A stretch of 64,000 bases of DNA from Candidatus Thalassarchaeaceae archaeon (GTDB lineage: Archaea > Thermoplasmatota > Poseidoniia > Poseidoniales > Thalassarchaeaceae), in the NCBI GenBank assembly GCA_034399535.1, contig DASCSS010000010.1, positions 2,096 to 66,095 of the forward strand, read 5' to 3'. A program made the translations under genes and the position numbers. A model generated the notes under the pieces. That model was not told the origin of the DNA, ran no database searches, and worked only from the letters and a program-made list of their open reading frames with translations. Shown here in pieces: positions 47,769 through 57,553 of the stretch. How positions within the stretch are numbered: position 1 is the stretch's first letter; the number at the start of each line of letters is the position of its first letter.

Positions 47769-50548
47769 TGTCGTCAGAAGAAGAAGAGATGGTTGGGTAT
47801 AGGCAGCAACCAGGGAAATTGCCATTCTCAAAACCTGGTTCTGGTGGAAGTGATAGATTCTCAAAAAAATTCGACCCCAAAATGATTCCGGAATCCGAAG
47901 GAGGGGGGTTGGCGCAACCATGGGGGCCACATCGTCACGATGAGTTGGTAACTGGGCAAGTAATAGGCAAACCAACATCATTGGTCGACGGAAAATGGAA
48001 GGTAACCGGTCAGGCACACTACGGGGACGATGTGCGAATCGCCGGAGAGCTGATCGGTCGAATTGTTCGCTCTCCCCATCATTATGCCAGAGTTCTCTCC
48101 GTTGATTGTACAAAGGCACTGGAATTACCAGGCGTAGTCGCAGTGGCTACTGGCCAAGATGCTGCTACCAAATTCGGAGTGTTGCCAGTAACAAAAGATG
48201 AGCATGCAATGGCCGTCGACAAGGTAAGACATGCGGGAGACTTAGTTGCTTGCGTCGCCGCTGAAGACGAGGCTACCGCCAGAGAGGCTGAGAGGCTGAT
48301 AGAGGTCGAATATGAAATTCTCGACCCGATCCACGACATGAGAGATGGTTTGGAAGACAGTGAGAATCCAATCCATGATCGGGGAGATTATCACATAGGA
48401 GAGTCAAATATTCAGAAGAGGGTTTTCCAAGAGTTTGGCGATGTGAAAGGAATGTCCGATTCAGCGATCGCGAGCCACAAAGGGGATTGGTATTTTTCCG
48501 GAGTCAATCACGGATTTACTGAACCTCATGCAGTTGTAGCACACTGGGATCCAACTGGGAGGCTGACTCTCTATACTCCTCAACAAGTCCCACATTACGT
48601 CCACAGGGCGCTGGCGGACGTGCTGGAAATTCCCATGCATCAAATCAATGTTCACAGAACTTTCGTAGGAGGGGGATTTGGAGGGAAATCGGACCCGTTT
48701 CCTCATGAAATGTGTGCTGCTATTCTAGCTAGGAAATCGGGTAGACCCGTCAGGATTACCTTCGATCGAGAGGAAGTTTTCTGGGTCAACAGAGGCCGTC
48801 ACCCATCCCATATCGAAATGAACCTGCATTCCGATTCGGAGGGAAGGATATGTGGGATAGAAACCGATGCACTGATTGATGGGGGAGCATTTGCTTCATT
48901 CGGACATGTGACCACATACTACAATGGCGTCCTCCACACTGCTCCGTACGAAATTGGGGCTTTCCATTACACAGGGGCAAGGGTGTGGACCAACAAACCA
49001 GCTAGTGGCGCAATGAGGGGGCATGGTGCAGTAAACTCGAGATGTGCTGTAGAGGTTGGTTTAGATGATTTATCAGAGAAGCTCTCCGTAGATCCAATTA
49101 CGTTCCGGCTAGCTAATCTTCTACCTCCGCATTCGGCTACAATTACTGGATTTAGGGTCACTAGCATAGGTATGAGGGAGTGCCTAGAGAGAGTAAAGGA
49201 AGCTAGTGGATGGGAGGGGAAATTCAGAAAAATGCCTCTAGGGAAGGGAATAGGGGTCGGTTGTGGCTTCTTCATCTCAGGGAGTGGCCTCCCAATTCAT
49301 TGGGACCCAAACAAATTCCCCCATGCAACAGTCCATCTCAAGATTGACATGGACGGAGGGGTGACAATTCATACTGGTGCTGCAGACATTGGGCAGGGAT
49401 CTGATACAGTAATAGCCCAATCGGTTGCTGAAGTTCTAGGCCTCCCACTTGACATGACAAGGGTCAAATCCAGAGACTCCGATACCTCTCCGGTTGACTT
49501 AGGTTCATATTCCTCACGAGTTACTTTCATGAATGCAAACGCGGCAATTTCCGCTGCAATGGAGATTCGCAATGAGTTGTTAGAAGCGACCGCAGAGATA
49601 ACTGGTGCGAACAAAGAAGCCCTAGTTATCGGGGATCGTCGAATTTTCAAGAAGGGTGACCCTGCAGTAGGAGTGTCATATCTTGAAGCCCTGCATAAAG
49701 CACAAGAAGACAGGGGGGCACTAGTCTCTTCCGGATCATATAGGACACCCCCAATGGGCAGAACTCACAAAGGAGCTGCGGCTGGATTGGCTCCCGCATA
49801 TTCATTCTCTGCATACGTGGCTGAGGTGTCTGTTGACATCGAGACTGGAAGAACTCAAGTTGATAGGGTCTGGGCAGCTCATGATTGTGGTAAGGCGCTA
49901 AACCCCCTCTCTGTCAAGGGCCAGATCATTGGTTCTTGTCACATGGGGATGGGACAAGTGCTGTCAGAAGAAATGAGGTACGGACGAAGTGGACATCTGT
50001 TGAATCCGGACCTATTGGATTACAAAATTCCCAGCATTCACGAAATGCCGGAAGTGATTCCAATTATTGTGGAGTCAAACGATCCGGAGGGCCCGTTTGG
50101 TGCTAAAGAGGCGGGTGAGGGGCCCCTTCTACCAATTCTGCCAGCAGTTTGTAACGCTGTGTACGATGCAATCGGGGTGAGGACCTCTGAATTACCGATA
50201 ACCCCGGATAGGCTTCACAAAGAGATTGAGAAGAAGTGCAGGGAAATGGGCTTGGGGGATCCTCTCGAACTAGAACCGCCGCTGTTGGAATACTCCGAAT
50301 TACAAGAAAGGCTTGAGGAGAGGGCTTCAGAACACTCAGAAAGGGACAGGCGCAGAAGGCTAGACGAAAGTAGAGGATCATATCACAACGGAGCACTGTT
50401 TGGCCTCGACCCAGAAGTCCCTCCGGACGAGGTTGATCCTCGTTGGTCGGTAAGTGTCACCCCCGATGAGGAGTACCTAGAATCCACCCGACTTGCAGGC
50501 AGGGCATGGAAGCACCAAGAAAGGAGGGAAGGGGGTAGTGCCAGATGA
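47768..50548 (+). CDS. Mo-hydroxylase molybdopterin subunit, 4-hydroxybenzoyl-CoA reductase alpha (HcrA)-like
   Basis: FGVLP, QVPHYVH, GGGFGG, GAMRGHG, PHATVHLKIDMDGGVT, GAADIGQGS, GSYSSRVTFM, GPFGAKEAGEG. Confidence 0.88.
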   Translation: MSSEEEEMVGYRQQPGKLPFSKPGSGGSDRFSKKFDPKMIPESEGGGLAQPWGPHRHDELVTGQVIGKPTSLVDGKWKVTGQAHYGDDVRIAGELIGRIVRSPHHYARVLSVDCTKALELPGVVAVATGQDAATKFGVLPVTKDEHAMAVDKVRHAGDLVACVAAEDEATAREAERLIEVEYEILDPIHDMRDGLEDSENPIHDRGDYHIGESNIQKRVFQEFGDVKGMSDSAIASHKGDWYFSGVNHGFTEPHAVVAHWDPTGRLTLYTPQQVPHYVHRALADVLEIPMHQINVHRTFVGGGFGGKSDPFPHEMCAAILARKSGRPVRITFDREEVFWVNRGRHPSHIEMNLHSDSEGRICGIETDALIDGGAFASFGHVTTYYNGVLHTAPYEIGAFHYTGARVWTNKPASGAMRGHGAVNSRCAVEVGLDDLSEKLSVDPITFRLANLLPPHSATITGFRVTSIGMRECLERVKEASGWEGKFRKMPLGKGIGVGCGFFISGSGLPIHWDPNKFPHATVHLKIDMDGGVTIHTGAADIGQGSDTVIAQSVAEVLGLPLDMTRVKSRDSDTSPVDLGSYSSRVTFMNANAAISAAMEIRNELLEATAEITGANKEALVIGDRRIFKKGDPAVGVSYLEALHKAQEDRGALVSSGSYRTPPMGRTHKGAAAGLAPAYSFSAYVAEVSVDIETGRTQVDRVWAAHDCGKALNPLSVKGQIIGSCHMGMGQVLSEEMRYGRSGHLLNPDLLDYKIPSIHEMPEVIPIIVESNDPEGPFGAKEAGEGPLLPILPAVCNAVYDAIGVRTSELPITPDRLHKEIEKKCREMGLGDPLELEPPLLEYSELQERLEERASEHSERDRRRRLDESRGSYHNGALFGLDPEVPPDEVDPRWSVSVTPDEEYLESTRLAGRAWKHQERREGGSAR

Positions 50549-51528
50549 AGATGCCACCTTTCCAAGTTTATTCGCCTACTACTCTGGAAGAAGCCATGAC
50601 TAAGGCTTCGGAACTGTCTGACTCTGGAAATGAGTTCGACTGGATAGCAGGTGGGACTGACCTTCTGCCGAATTACAAATGGCACATCAATGTCAAGAAG
50701 CATGTTATTTCTCTTGCTGCAATCAATGAATTGCATAAGCTCTCCGGAACCCACATAGGGGCAATGGTAAGGATACACGATTTGGCCAGCTCAGAGAATA
50801 CTCACAGTGTTCTAGCCAAGGCTGCTGACTCCATAGCAAGTGTTATGATCAGACGTTCTGGTACTGTCGGGGGAAACATTTGCCTGGACACAAGATGTTA
50901 TTGGTTCAACCAATCAGAAACCTGGAGGGAGTCGATAGATTGGTGCCACAAATGCGACTGTGGCACAGAAGCTGATTGCAGGGTCATTCCAAATCAAAAC
51001 ACTCTTTGTGTAGCGACGTATCAGGCAGATCTGGCTCCAGTTCTATTGTGTCTGGATGCCACAATTCACCTTGCCTCACCCTCTGGAACTCGTTCATTGC
51101 CCCTGGAAGATTTCTTCGAGCTAGATGGGATGACTAGGAATGTCCTAGGAAACGACGAGCTTGTTACTCACGTTACCCTTCCAGATGATTCCGGGGAATG
51201 GGATGGGGACTATCAGAAACTGAGGCAGAGAGAGTCTTGGGACTTCCCGGAAGCAGGGGTTGCTGTTCTATGGAAGAGCGATGGGGATGGAATTCCATCG
51301 GCCCTAAGGGTGGCCACAACTGGTCTGGAGTCAGTACCTGGGATTCACACACAAGCGGCTGAGGCTGCAATTTCAGACTGGAAAGGTGGGGAGTCAATAG
51401 ATGAACTCGCAGAATCGGTCAGGAAGTCCGTGAAGCCCGTCCAGAACACATGGTTCTCCCCTTCGTATAGACGAAAGATGGTGAAGGTCTTAACGAGGCG
51501 TGCTTGCAGGGGTCTACTGGTGAGGTAG
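50545..51528 (+). CDS. Mo-hydroxylase FAD subunit with a [4Fe-4S] insertion (HcrB-like)
   Basis: AGGTDLL, GTVGGN; insertion CLDTRCYWFNQSETWRESIDWCHKC..C..C...CVATY; YQKLRQRESWDFP. Confidence 0.88.
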   Translation: MKMPPFQVYSPTTLEEAMTKASELSDSGNEFDWIAGGTDLLPNYKWHINVKKHVISLAAINELHKLSGTHIGAMVRIHDLASSENTHSVLAKAADSIASVMIRRSGTVGGNICLDTRCYWFNQSETWRESIDWCHKCDCGTEADCRVIPNQNTLCVATYQADLAPVLLCLDATIHLASPSGTRSLPLEDFFELDGMTRNVLGNDELVTHVTLPDDSGEWDGDYQKLRQRESWDFPEAGVAVLWKSDGDGIPSALRVATTGLESVPGIHTQAAEAAISDWKGGESIDELAESVRKSVKPVQNTWFSPSYRRKMVKVLTRRACRGLLVR

Positions 51529-52481
51529 TGGTTCGGAAAGTAAATTCCCTAGTCATTAGACTGGTCGTGCTGTCCATTATAATCCCATCAACTATTTCAC
51601 TTGGACAGGAAATTGATGCTTGGGAATTGGGTATTGAGTATCCCAATGAAGATGCATCAAATCCATTTGAGATTTCCAAAGATGGAAAGGTAAAGGTGGA
51701 GTTCTTCGTAGATAATTCTGGATTCGTCGAGATCACAGTTGAGTTTGCATATGAAATCCCATTCGGAGGAGAGGCTGACGGACCGGAAGGAGAGACTGTT
51801 CCCGCGGGTTCTAACGAGTCTTTTGAACTAGAAATCTCAGGGATTGATGTTTTCGACTTCGAAGCTAGGAAAACTGAGGCATTCTCGATTACTGCGACTG
51901 TGACGGCTAGACAGGGCGTCCCTGATCCCTTGAACCCGCAGCAAAAGAAGGAGGGGGACCTCCTCATCCCGACCATCTACGACATGAGAATAGAAGTTTC
52001 GGATCCTGTGGGGCCGATGAATGCTGGCTCCGACACAATCCTCAGGGTAATGGTAACTAACACAGGGAATGTGCAGGATAAGGTTGGAGACGTACAGATA
52101 ACTGATGACTGCCCCCTTCTCACGACCGACAATGGTTTGGACGGCTTGATGGTAGGAAGCATTGCACCGGGAAACACTGCCGAGGCTGATTTGAGGGCAA
52201 CAGCTTCTGAGAGTCATCCTCGACGACATTGCGATATTACGGTGACAGTGTCTTCTAACGGAGCAATGAACACGGGGGGGAGCGTCGTAGTGAGTGATGA
52301 GGCTAGGGTCTCAGTGGAACCTCCTCAAAAAGAGGCAGAGGATGATGGATCGTCCAATCAGAATGATGACCCAGTGGAATCGGTCAAGTCGAATCTCCCT
52401 AGCCCGGGTGGGTTTGCAACCATGTTAACAATGGTAATCGCATCTGCAGTTTTTTCGCCCAGAAAAAAATATTGGAGTTGA
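51528..52481 (+). CDS. Exported Ig-like surface protein with a PGF-CTERM-like anchor
   Basis: Signal peptide; two Ig-like domains (VTNTGNVQD); C-terminal LPSPGGF + TM + RKK. Confidence 0.7.
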   Translation: MVRKVNSLVIRLVVLSIIIPSTISLGQEIDAWELGIEYPNEDASNPFEISKDGKVKVEFFVDNSGFVEITVEFAYEIPFGGEADGPEGETVPAGSNESFELEISGIDVFDFEARKTEAFSITATVTARQGVPDPLNPQQKKEGDLLIPTIYDMRIEVSDPVGPMNAGSDTILRVMVTNTGNVQDKVGDVQITDDCPLLTTDNGLDGLMVGSIAPGNTAEADLRATASESHPRRHCDITVTVSSNGAMNTGGSVVVSDEARVSVEPPQKEAEDDGSSNQNDDPVESVKSNLPSPGGFATMLTMVIASAVFSPRKKYWS

Positions 52482-52562
52482 ACAACCAAGATTTTGGAAA
52501 ACCACGATGCGCACTATGCTCAGGAACATATAATCGTGAAGCAATTGTCGCAGCGATATTGT

Positions 52563-52579
52563 TTGGGCCGTAGGCCCAA
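52563..52579. repeat. Palindrome TTGGGCC-GTA-GGCCCAA
   Basis: Perfect 7-bp stem upstream of the SD of the MoxR operon. Confidence 0.6.
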
Positions 52580-52600
52580 TGAATTGGATAGGGTGAAGAC

Positions 52601-54190
52601 ATGCCTGAAGAGTCTGATTTCGAAAGCCGATTCAACAGGAACATTACGCTTTCATTAATTGGGACTTCGATATTGCTTCTCATTATGCCCATGTTCTTCG
52701 TAGTTGGAAAGGATACCGCTTATTCGGCATATGAGACTGGAGAGGACTACCAAGTCAATAAGATGAGGGACTCATTCGATTATGACGAGGGGTACTATGT
52801 CGCCAATACAATGTCAACTCCAATGCTAGTTAATGACTGGAAGGACCCCCATAGGACGTTGTTGGCAGTTATTGGCCCAGAGAAGCCAATTGACGACACA
52901 GAGGCACAAGAAATATACAAATTCGTTACGGAGAAAGGGGGCAAGGTGATAGTTGCAGCCGACAACACCAATGCAAACAGGCTTGCTGTATTGTTTGGGG
53001 TCAGATACTTCAACTCACCAATGCTGGATGAGAAGCAACATTTCGTTGTCAATGATCAAGAAAATTCAATCTCATGGAAGAATGTGTGGACGGCTGCTTC
53101 AGTGGGACAAGACGTCGACCAAATGTCACCTGGGGCGCTGATGCAAGGTTGCTCGACTTTCCAAATAGAAAATCCGGATGGCCTCAATGATTGTAGGTTA
53201 CCAGTAATGTTCAGAGCGCCGACAGCTCTGAAATTTGAACCTCTGTTGAAAGATGCAACTCATCCCGACCACAGAGAGATAATGACATTGGGCAAAGCCT
53301 CATCGTCTGCATTCATTGACGTTGCAAATGACCAAGACCCAACCAATCTAGAGAATCCCGCACCTGGCGACCTCAGGCTAATCATGAGATTTGACTATCC
53401 AGGGATTACTGTCTTCGACGAGCTTCCAAACGAAGGGCGCGGGGCCTTTTCTTCGGGCGTAGGGGAGCTGGAGGTTACGGGAAGTATTGTTTTCGTCGCT
53501 GATGAAGAAGCGTTCTCCAATATGCTATGGGATCAGAGTATTGCATTAGAGAAGGGACTCAATAGCGATTGTCAGTCTGTCGCTGGATACACTCTGAATA
53601 ACTGCTGGACGAAGGAGATCCTGAACAACAACGAATGGGCTGGAAACGAAAGATTCTTCAAGATATTAGTTCATGACATGATGGAGTTCGATAATGCAAA
53701 TCTCTCGGCCCAGATAAAGAACGACAAGAGTAACTTCCAAGTTGTATTTGACGAAAGCAGGCACATCACGGGCCTCATTTCTGCACCGTTCGTTGAGACA
53801 ATGGGAACAGTTGTACTACTAACTTCAAATCAGTTTCTGAAATGGCTTGTAGTCCTGAACGTTGGACTACTGCTACTTGTGGCAATGATGGTGGTTCCGG
53901 AGAAAGAGAACTGGAGGCACGTTTTCGATCTGACAAAATTCAATCAACGGCCGAATAAGTTGAATCCCGGGGAATACAGGAACAGAGTTCGTAGGGCCCT
54001 AATGACAAAGGTCAGGATTCACCATGATTTAACGCGGGATGAGATGGCTGGAATGCTCCCTCCCGAAGTTCAGGCGATGATCGGCGATCCCCGCCTTGTG
54101 GAATTGGCTTATAGCCAAAGCCGCTCGTACTCACCCCAAGAGTTGCGCAAGTTGATGCAAGCCATTAGGCGATGGGGAAAGAATAACTGA
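52601..54190 (+). CDS. DUF4350-like membrane-anchored protein of the MoxR operon
   Basis: GGGTGA SD; N-terminal TM; FVTEKGGKVIVAAD, GSIVFVADEEAFSN, VVFDESRH; second TM. Confidence 0.7.
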   Translation: MPEESDFESRFNRNITLSLIGTSILLLIMPMFFVVGKDTAYSAYETGEDYQVNKMRDSFDYDEGYYVANTMSTPMLVNDWKDPHRTLLAVIGPEKPIDDTEAQEIYKFVTEKGGKVIVAADNTNANRLAVLFGVRYFNSPMLDEKQHFVVNDQENSISWKNVWTAASVGQDVDQMSPGALMQGCSTFQIENPDGLNDCRLPVMFRAPTALKFEPLLKDATHPDHREIMTLGKASSSAFIDVANDQDPTNLENPAPGDLRLIMRFDYPGITVFDELPNEGRGAFSSGVGELEVTGSIVFVADEEAFSNMLWDQSIALEKGLNSDCQSVAGYTLNNCWTKEILNNNEWAGNERFFKILVHDMMEFDNANLSAQIKNDKSNFQVVFDESRHITGLISAPFVETMGTVVLLTSNQFLKWLVVLNVGLLLLVAMMVVPEKENWRHVFDLTKFNQRPNKLNPGEYRNRVRRALMTKVRIHHDLTRDEMAGMLPPEVQAMIGDPRLVELAYSQSRSYSPQELRKLMQAIRRWGKNN

Positions 54191-54200
54191 CAAATGGAGA

Positions 54201-55274
54201 GTGGAAAAGATGAGTGAAACAATACCAGCAGGAGGGATGCCATCACCCGGTCAGGGTGGACATAATGCGGCCTTAGCAAAGAAGGCTGAGGCGGCGCGGG
54301 GTTCGGGCAAGATTGACGAAGTCCTAACGGCAACGGGAGCAATGGGCCAGGCAATTAGCACTGAAGTCCAGAAGGTAATCATCGGAAAGGAACACGTGAT
54401 TGACAACGTAATGGTGGACATTCTGTCCAACGGAAACCTTCTCTTTGAGGATTTCCCTGGTCTTGCAAAGACGCTAATGACAAATACTTTCGCAGATGCT
54501 CTTGGTTGCGATTTCAAGCGTGTCCAATTCACCCCCGATCTGCTGCCCGCAGATATCACTGGGACGAACATCTACGATGCAAAGAAGGGAGAGTTCAGCT
54601 TCAAACCTGGACCGATTTTCTGTAACTTACTTCTTTCTGACGAGATCAACAGGGCGCCTCCAAAGACCCAAGCTGCACTTCTGGAGGCCATGCAGGAAAA
54701 GCAAGTTACTATTGGAGTAGTGACACACAAACTTCCTGCTCCGTTCCTAACTATGGCCACGCAGAACCCGGTTGAACAAGAGGGGACATATCCCCTTCCC
54801 GAAGCACAACTTGACAGGTTCATGATGAAGATGATGGTCGGATACCCGGATAGGGCGGATGAGAACGAGATCCTACAGAGAAGGATAGATCGGAAGAAGG
54901 ACGAGGTCGAGGTCAACAAGGTAACCGATCCTAGCATTGTCGTGAAGATGCAGCAGTCCTGTGAAGAAGTGTATGTAGACAGGTCCGTCAGAGAGTACAT
55001 GGTTGACATAGTGGCCAGAACGAGGGAAGACCCTCGTGTTCTGGTAGGTTCCTCCCCTCGTGGTTCTCAGGCTCTGCTAAAGACGAGTAGAGCCGTAGCA
55101 GCAATGAGAGGAAGGGACTTCGTAACCCCTGACGATGTGAAATCAGTAGCCGAACTGGCCGTTGCACACAGATTAATACTCAAGCCCGAGCATCAAATCA
55201 AAGGTCTAGAAAACGGAGAAGTGGTCAGAGACATCCTACATGGGAAGAATGCCGCAAACGTTCCGACTGTCTGA
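54201..55274 (+). CDS. MoxR family AAA+ ATPase
   Basis: Walker A variant EDFPGLAKT, RVQFTPDLLPADITG, DEINRAPPKTQAALLEAMQE, ATQNPVEQEGTYPLPEAQLDRF. Confidence 0.95.
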   Translation: MEKMSETIPAGGMPSPGQGGHNAALAKKAEAARGSGKIDEVLTATGAMGQAISTEVQKVIIGKEHVIDNVMVDILSNGNLLFEDFPGLAKTLMTNTFADALGCDFKRVQFTPDLLPADITGTNIYDAKKGEFSFKPGPIFCNLLLSDEINRAPPKTQAALLEAMQEKQVTIGVVTHKLPAPFLTMATQNPVEQEGTYPLPEAQLDRFMMKMMVGYPDRADENEILQRRIDRKKDEVEVNKVTDPSIVVKMQQSCEEVYVDRSVREYMVDIVARTREDPRVLVGSSPRGSQALLKTSRAVAAMRGRDFVTPDDVKSVAELAVAHRLILKPEHQIKGLENGEVVRDILHGKNAANVPTV

Positions 55275-55294
55275 CCAATGCGAGGTAGAAAGCA

Positions 55295-56614
55295 ATGGCT
55301 TGGAGCCGTAAGTCAGCGATGTTCGCGTCCCTGTCAATTGCGATGTATCTGCTGGGCCTAGTTCTACGCAATCAGCAACTCGTGACTGTTGCAGTCGTTC
55401 TTCTATCATTTCTGACTTGGGCGGCCCTGAGAGCTGCTCATGGCGATGTAGCCTCAACCGGAAGAAGAATGGAGGACGCCGTAATGGACGAGGGAAACCA
55501 ACTCCAAAGTATTGTTGCGATGCGGAAGACCTCTTCCTCCCGCGTTTTCGAGGATGGCGAGATTGACGTGACCCTGAGGATTCAGAATCGGTCTGGAGTT
55601 GCCAAGGTACTGGAACTCCGGGACCGCGTCCCCGAAGTAATGAGGATAAAGAAGGGCGCAAATTACGTTCTCATGGAGATTGGCCCAAAGAGGGAGACGG
55701 AGATTTCCTACACCATCGAGACTCCGCTAAGGGGATTCTACACCATCGGCCCCGTGTGCATAAGGGTGCAGGATGAGCTGGGCCTATTCCATAATGAGAA
55801 GGAGATCCTACTCTACGATGATTTCCTAGTTTTCCCAAAGATGGAAGACATCAAGGATGCGATGATAAAGAGCAGGGTCCCAAAGATTTTCACCGGTGCG
55901 GTGAACATCAGGAACCCTGGAGAGGGGTCCAACTTCTACAACCTGAGAGAGTATATCCCAGGCGACCCCATGAAGAAGGTAAACTGGAATGCTACTGCCA
56001 GGCAAGATGGCAAGATGATGGTAAACGAATACGAGAGGGACGCAGTTAGTGACGTAATTCTGATCGTTGATAGCAGAGCCGTTAGCGAGACGGGCCCTGT
56101 AAGTCGAAACTCTTTGGTTTATAGCACCAGAGCAGCGGCAAGCCTTACCCAATACTTTCTCTCTAGAAGGGATTCTGTTGGCCTTGTCGTATATGGCGAT
56201 GAAATTGTCTCAGTGGATAGGGACACCGGCAAGAAGCAGTTGTACATTATTCTAACAAAGCTTGCTGGTGCAATGGCAAAGGGCAATACTCCCCTAAAGA
56301 TAGTGACAAACAGAATTATGCCACATATTCACCGAGGGAGTCCAATCATCATCCTCTCACCACTAGAGGATGACCCCACAATAATAGAGGCAGTTAGGGA
56401 CCTGAGAGCCAGGAATTTCGAGGTGACAGTGCTCTCCCCTAGCAGTCTTGAATTCGAATTCGATGCAAGGAGAATAGACAGAACTGGATATGAAGTGCTG
56501 AAGACTGAGAGGGATATCCTGATGACTGAGCTCAGAGGTCTGGGGGCATATGTGATGGACTGGGAGCCTGACATGTTGCTGTTCACGGCCTTGACCGGGG
56601 CAAGGGGTTTCTGA
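55295..56614 (+). CDS. DUF58 domain (vWA-like) membrane protein, MoxR partner
   Basis: FYNLREYIPGDPMKKVNWNATAR, MVNEYE, ILIVDSR, DSVGLV. Confidence 0.9.
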   Translation: MAWSRKSAMFASLSIAMYLLGLVLRNQQLVTVAVVLLSFLTWAALRAAHGDVASTGRRMEDAVMDEGNQLQSIVAMRKTSSSRVFEDGEIDVTLRIQNRSGVAKVLELRDRVPEVMRIKKGANYVLMEIGPKRETEISYTIETPLRGFYTIGPVCIRVQDELGLFHNEKEILLYDDFLVFPKMEDIKDAMIKSRVPKIFTGAVNIRNPGEGSNFYNLREYIPGDPMKKVNWNATARQDGKMMVNEYERDAVSDVILIVDSRAVSETGPVSRNSLVYSTRAAASLTQYFLSRRDSVGLVVYGDEIVSVDRDTGKKQLYIILTKLAGAMAKGNTPLKIVTNRIMPHIHRGSPIIILSPLEDDPTIIEAVRDLRARNFEVTVLSPSSLEFEFDARRIDRTGYEVLKTERDILMTELRGLGAYVMDWEPDMLLFTALTGARGF

Positions 56615-56620
56615 GGTGAA

Positions 56621-57553
56621 GTGATGGCTGAAGAAAGTGGCAAGGGTCCGGTAGATACGTCTCACCTGTACGATGGGAAAGTTGTCAGATCATCGGCACC
56701 CAGTAGGAAAAGAGCTGCTGGTACCCTAAAGAGGGACTCTGCAATACCTGACGATGCAGTCCCGGAAGTGGAGATTCCTGGATGGATTGAGACGATTTTC
56801 GGGGGACCGGTATTATCCACTCGCAAGTTCCTACCACCAGACAGGATGGTCGTCTCACTGCAAATCTGGTCTTCAGCGACTCTGCTAGCCTTGGTTTTCC
56901 TTACGTTCATGCTCACCCCGGTGTCAGGAACAGCATGGTTCTCGATCTCAAATTTCATTGGAATGGGGGTTCTCGGAGTAATTGTACACTGGGGGCTTAT
57001 GCTGATTGGGCTTTTCGGGGGTTTCTTTGGAGTCTCACAGAGAGATCAGCGTGCACTATTGGCTTCCTACATTGCATTGATTTTGGTGACGGTCAGATTC
57101 GCTGGCAGTAAGGTAGAGTATGGCTTGAGCTTCCTTCCAGAAGACGAGACCGTCCAGAAGCTACTTCTAATCATCTACGCAGTCCTTCTGGTGATGTACG
57201 TTGAGATTTCCAGCGGGATAATCAGGTTCTCGATGCTCGATACGTCAATCAGGACTGGCGAGGTCTACGTGATGAACGTGAACGCGATTTCTCGCAGGTA
57301 TAGCCGTGCTCTAGGGATCACCCCCGCAATTGCTGGCTTCGTTGCCTTGCTGACGCTTTTCATCAATCTGATTATTCCTGCTTTCGTGGGCATTCTCGAT
57401 CCTGTGGCTGCGAACAGGCTCAAAGAAAGTGTGGAGTTGACTAGCGTCTACGGTGTAGCCCTGGGAACAATCCTGGTTTTCATCATCATTGCTTCGATGT
57501 TTGCAATTAACCTGCCATTGCGCATCCAGCAGTACATTGAGCGTCAGGCTTGA
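56621..57553 (+). CDS. Hypothetical multi-pass membrane protein (end of the MoxR operon)
   Basis: GAGGTGA SD; ~6 TM helices. Confidence 0.75.
   Translation: MMAEESGKGPVDTSHLYDGKVVRSSAPSRKRAAGTLKRDSAIPDDAVPEVEIPGWIETIFGGPVLSTRKFLPPDRMVVSLQIWSSATLLALVFLTFMLTPVSGTAWFSISNFIGMGVLGVIVHWGLMLIGLFGGFFGVSQRDQRALLASYIALILVTVRFAGSKVEYGLSFLPEDETVQKLLLIIYAVLLVMYVEISSGIIRFSMLDTSIRTGEVYVMNVNAISRRYSRALGITPAIAGFVALLTLFINLIIPAFVGILDPVAANRLKESVELTSVYGVALGTILVFIIIASMFAINLPLRIQQYIERQA

Noticed and set aside
47768..50548. Aerobic CO dehydrogenase (CoxL)
   Set aside because: No AYxCSFR or AYxGAGR active-site loop; it has GAMRGHG instead
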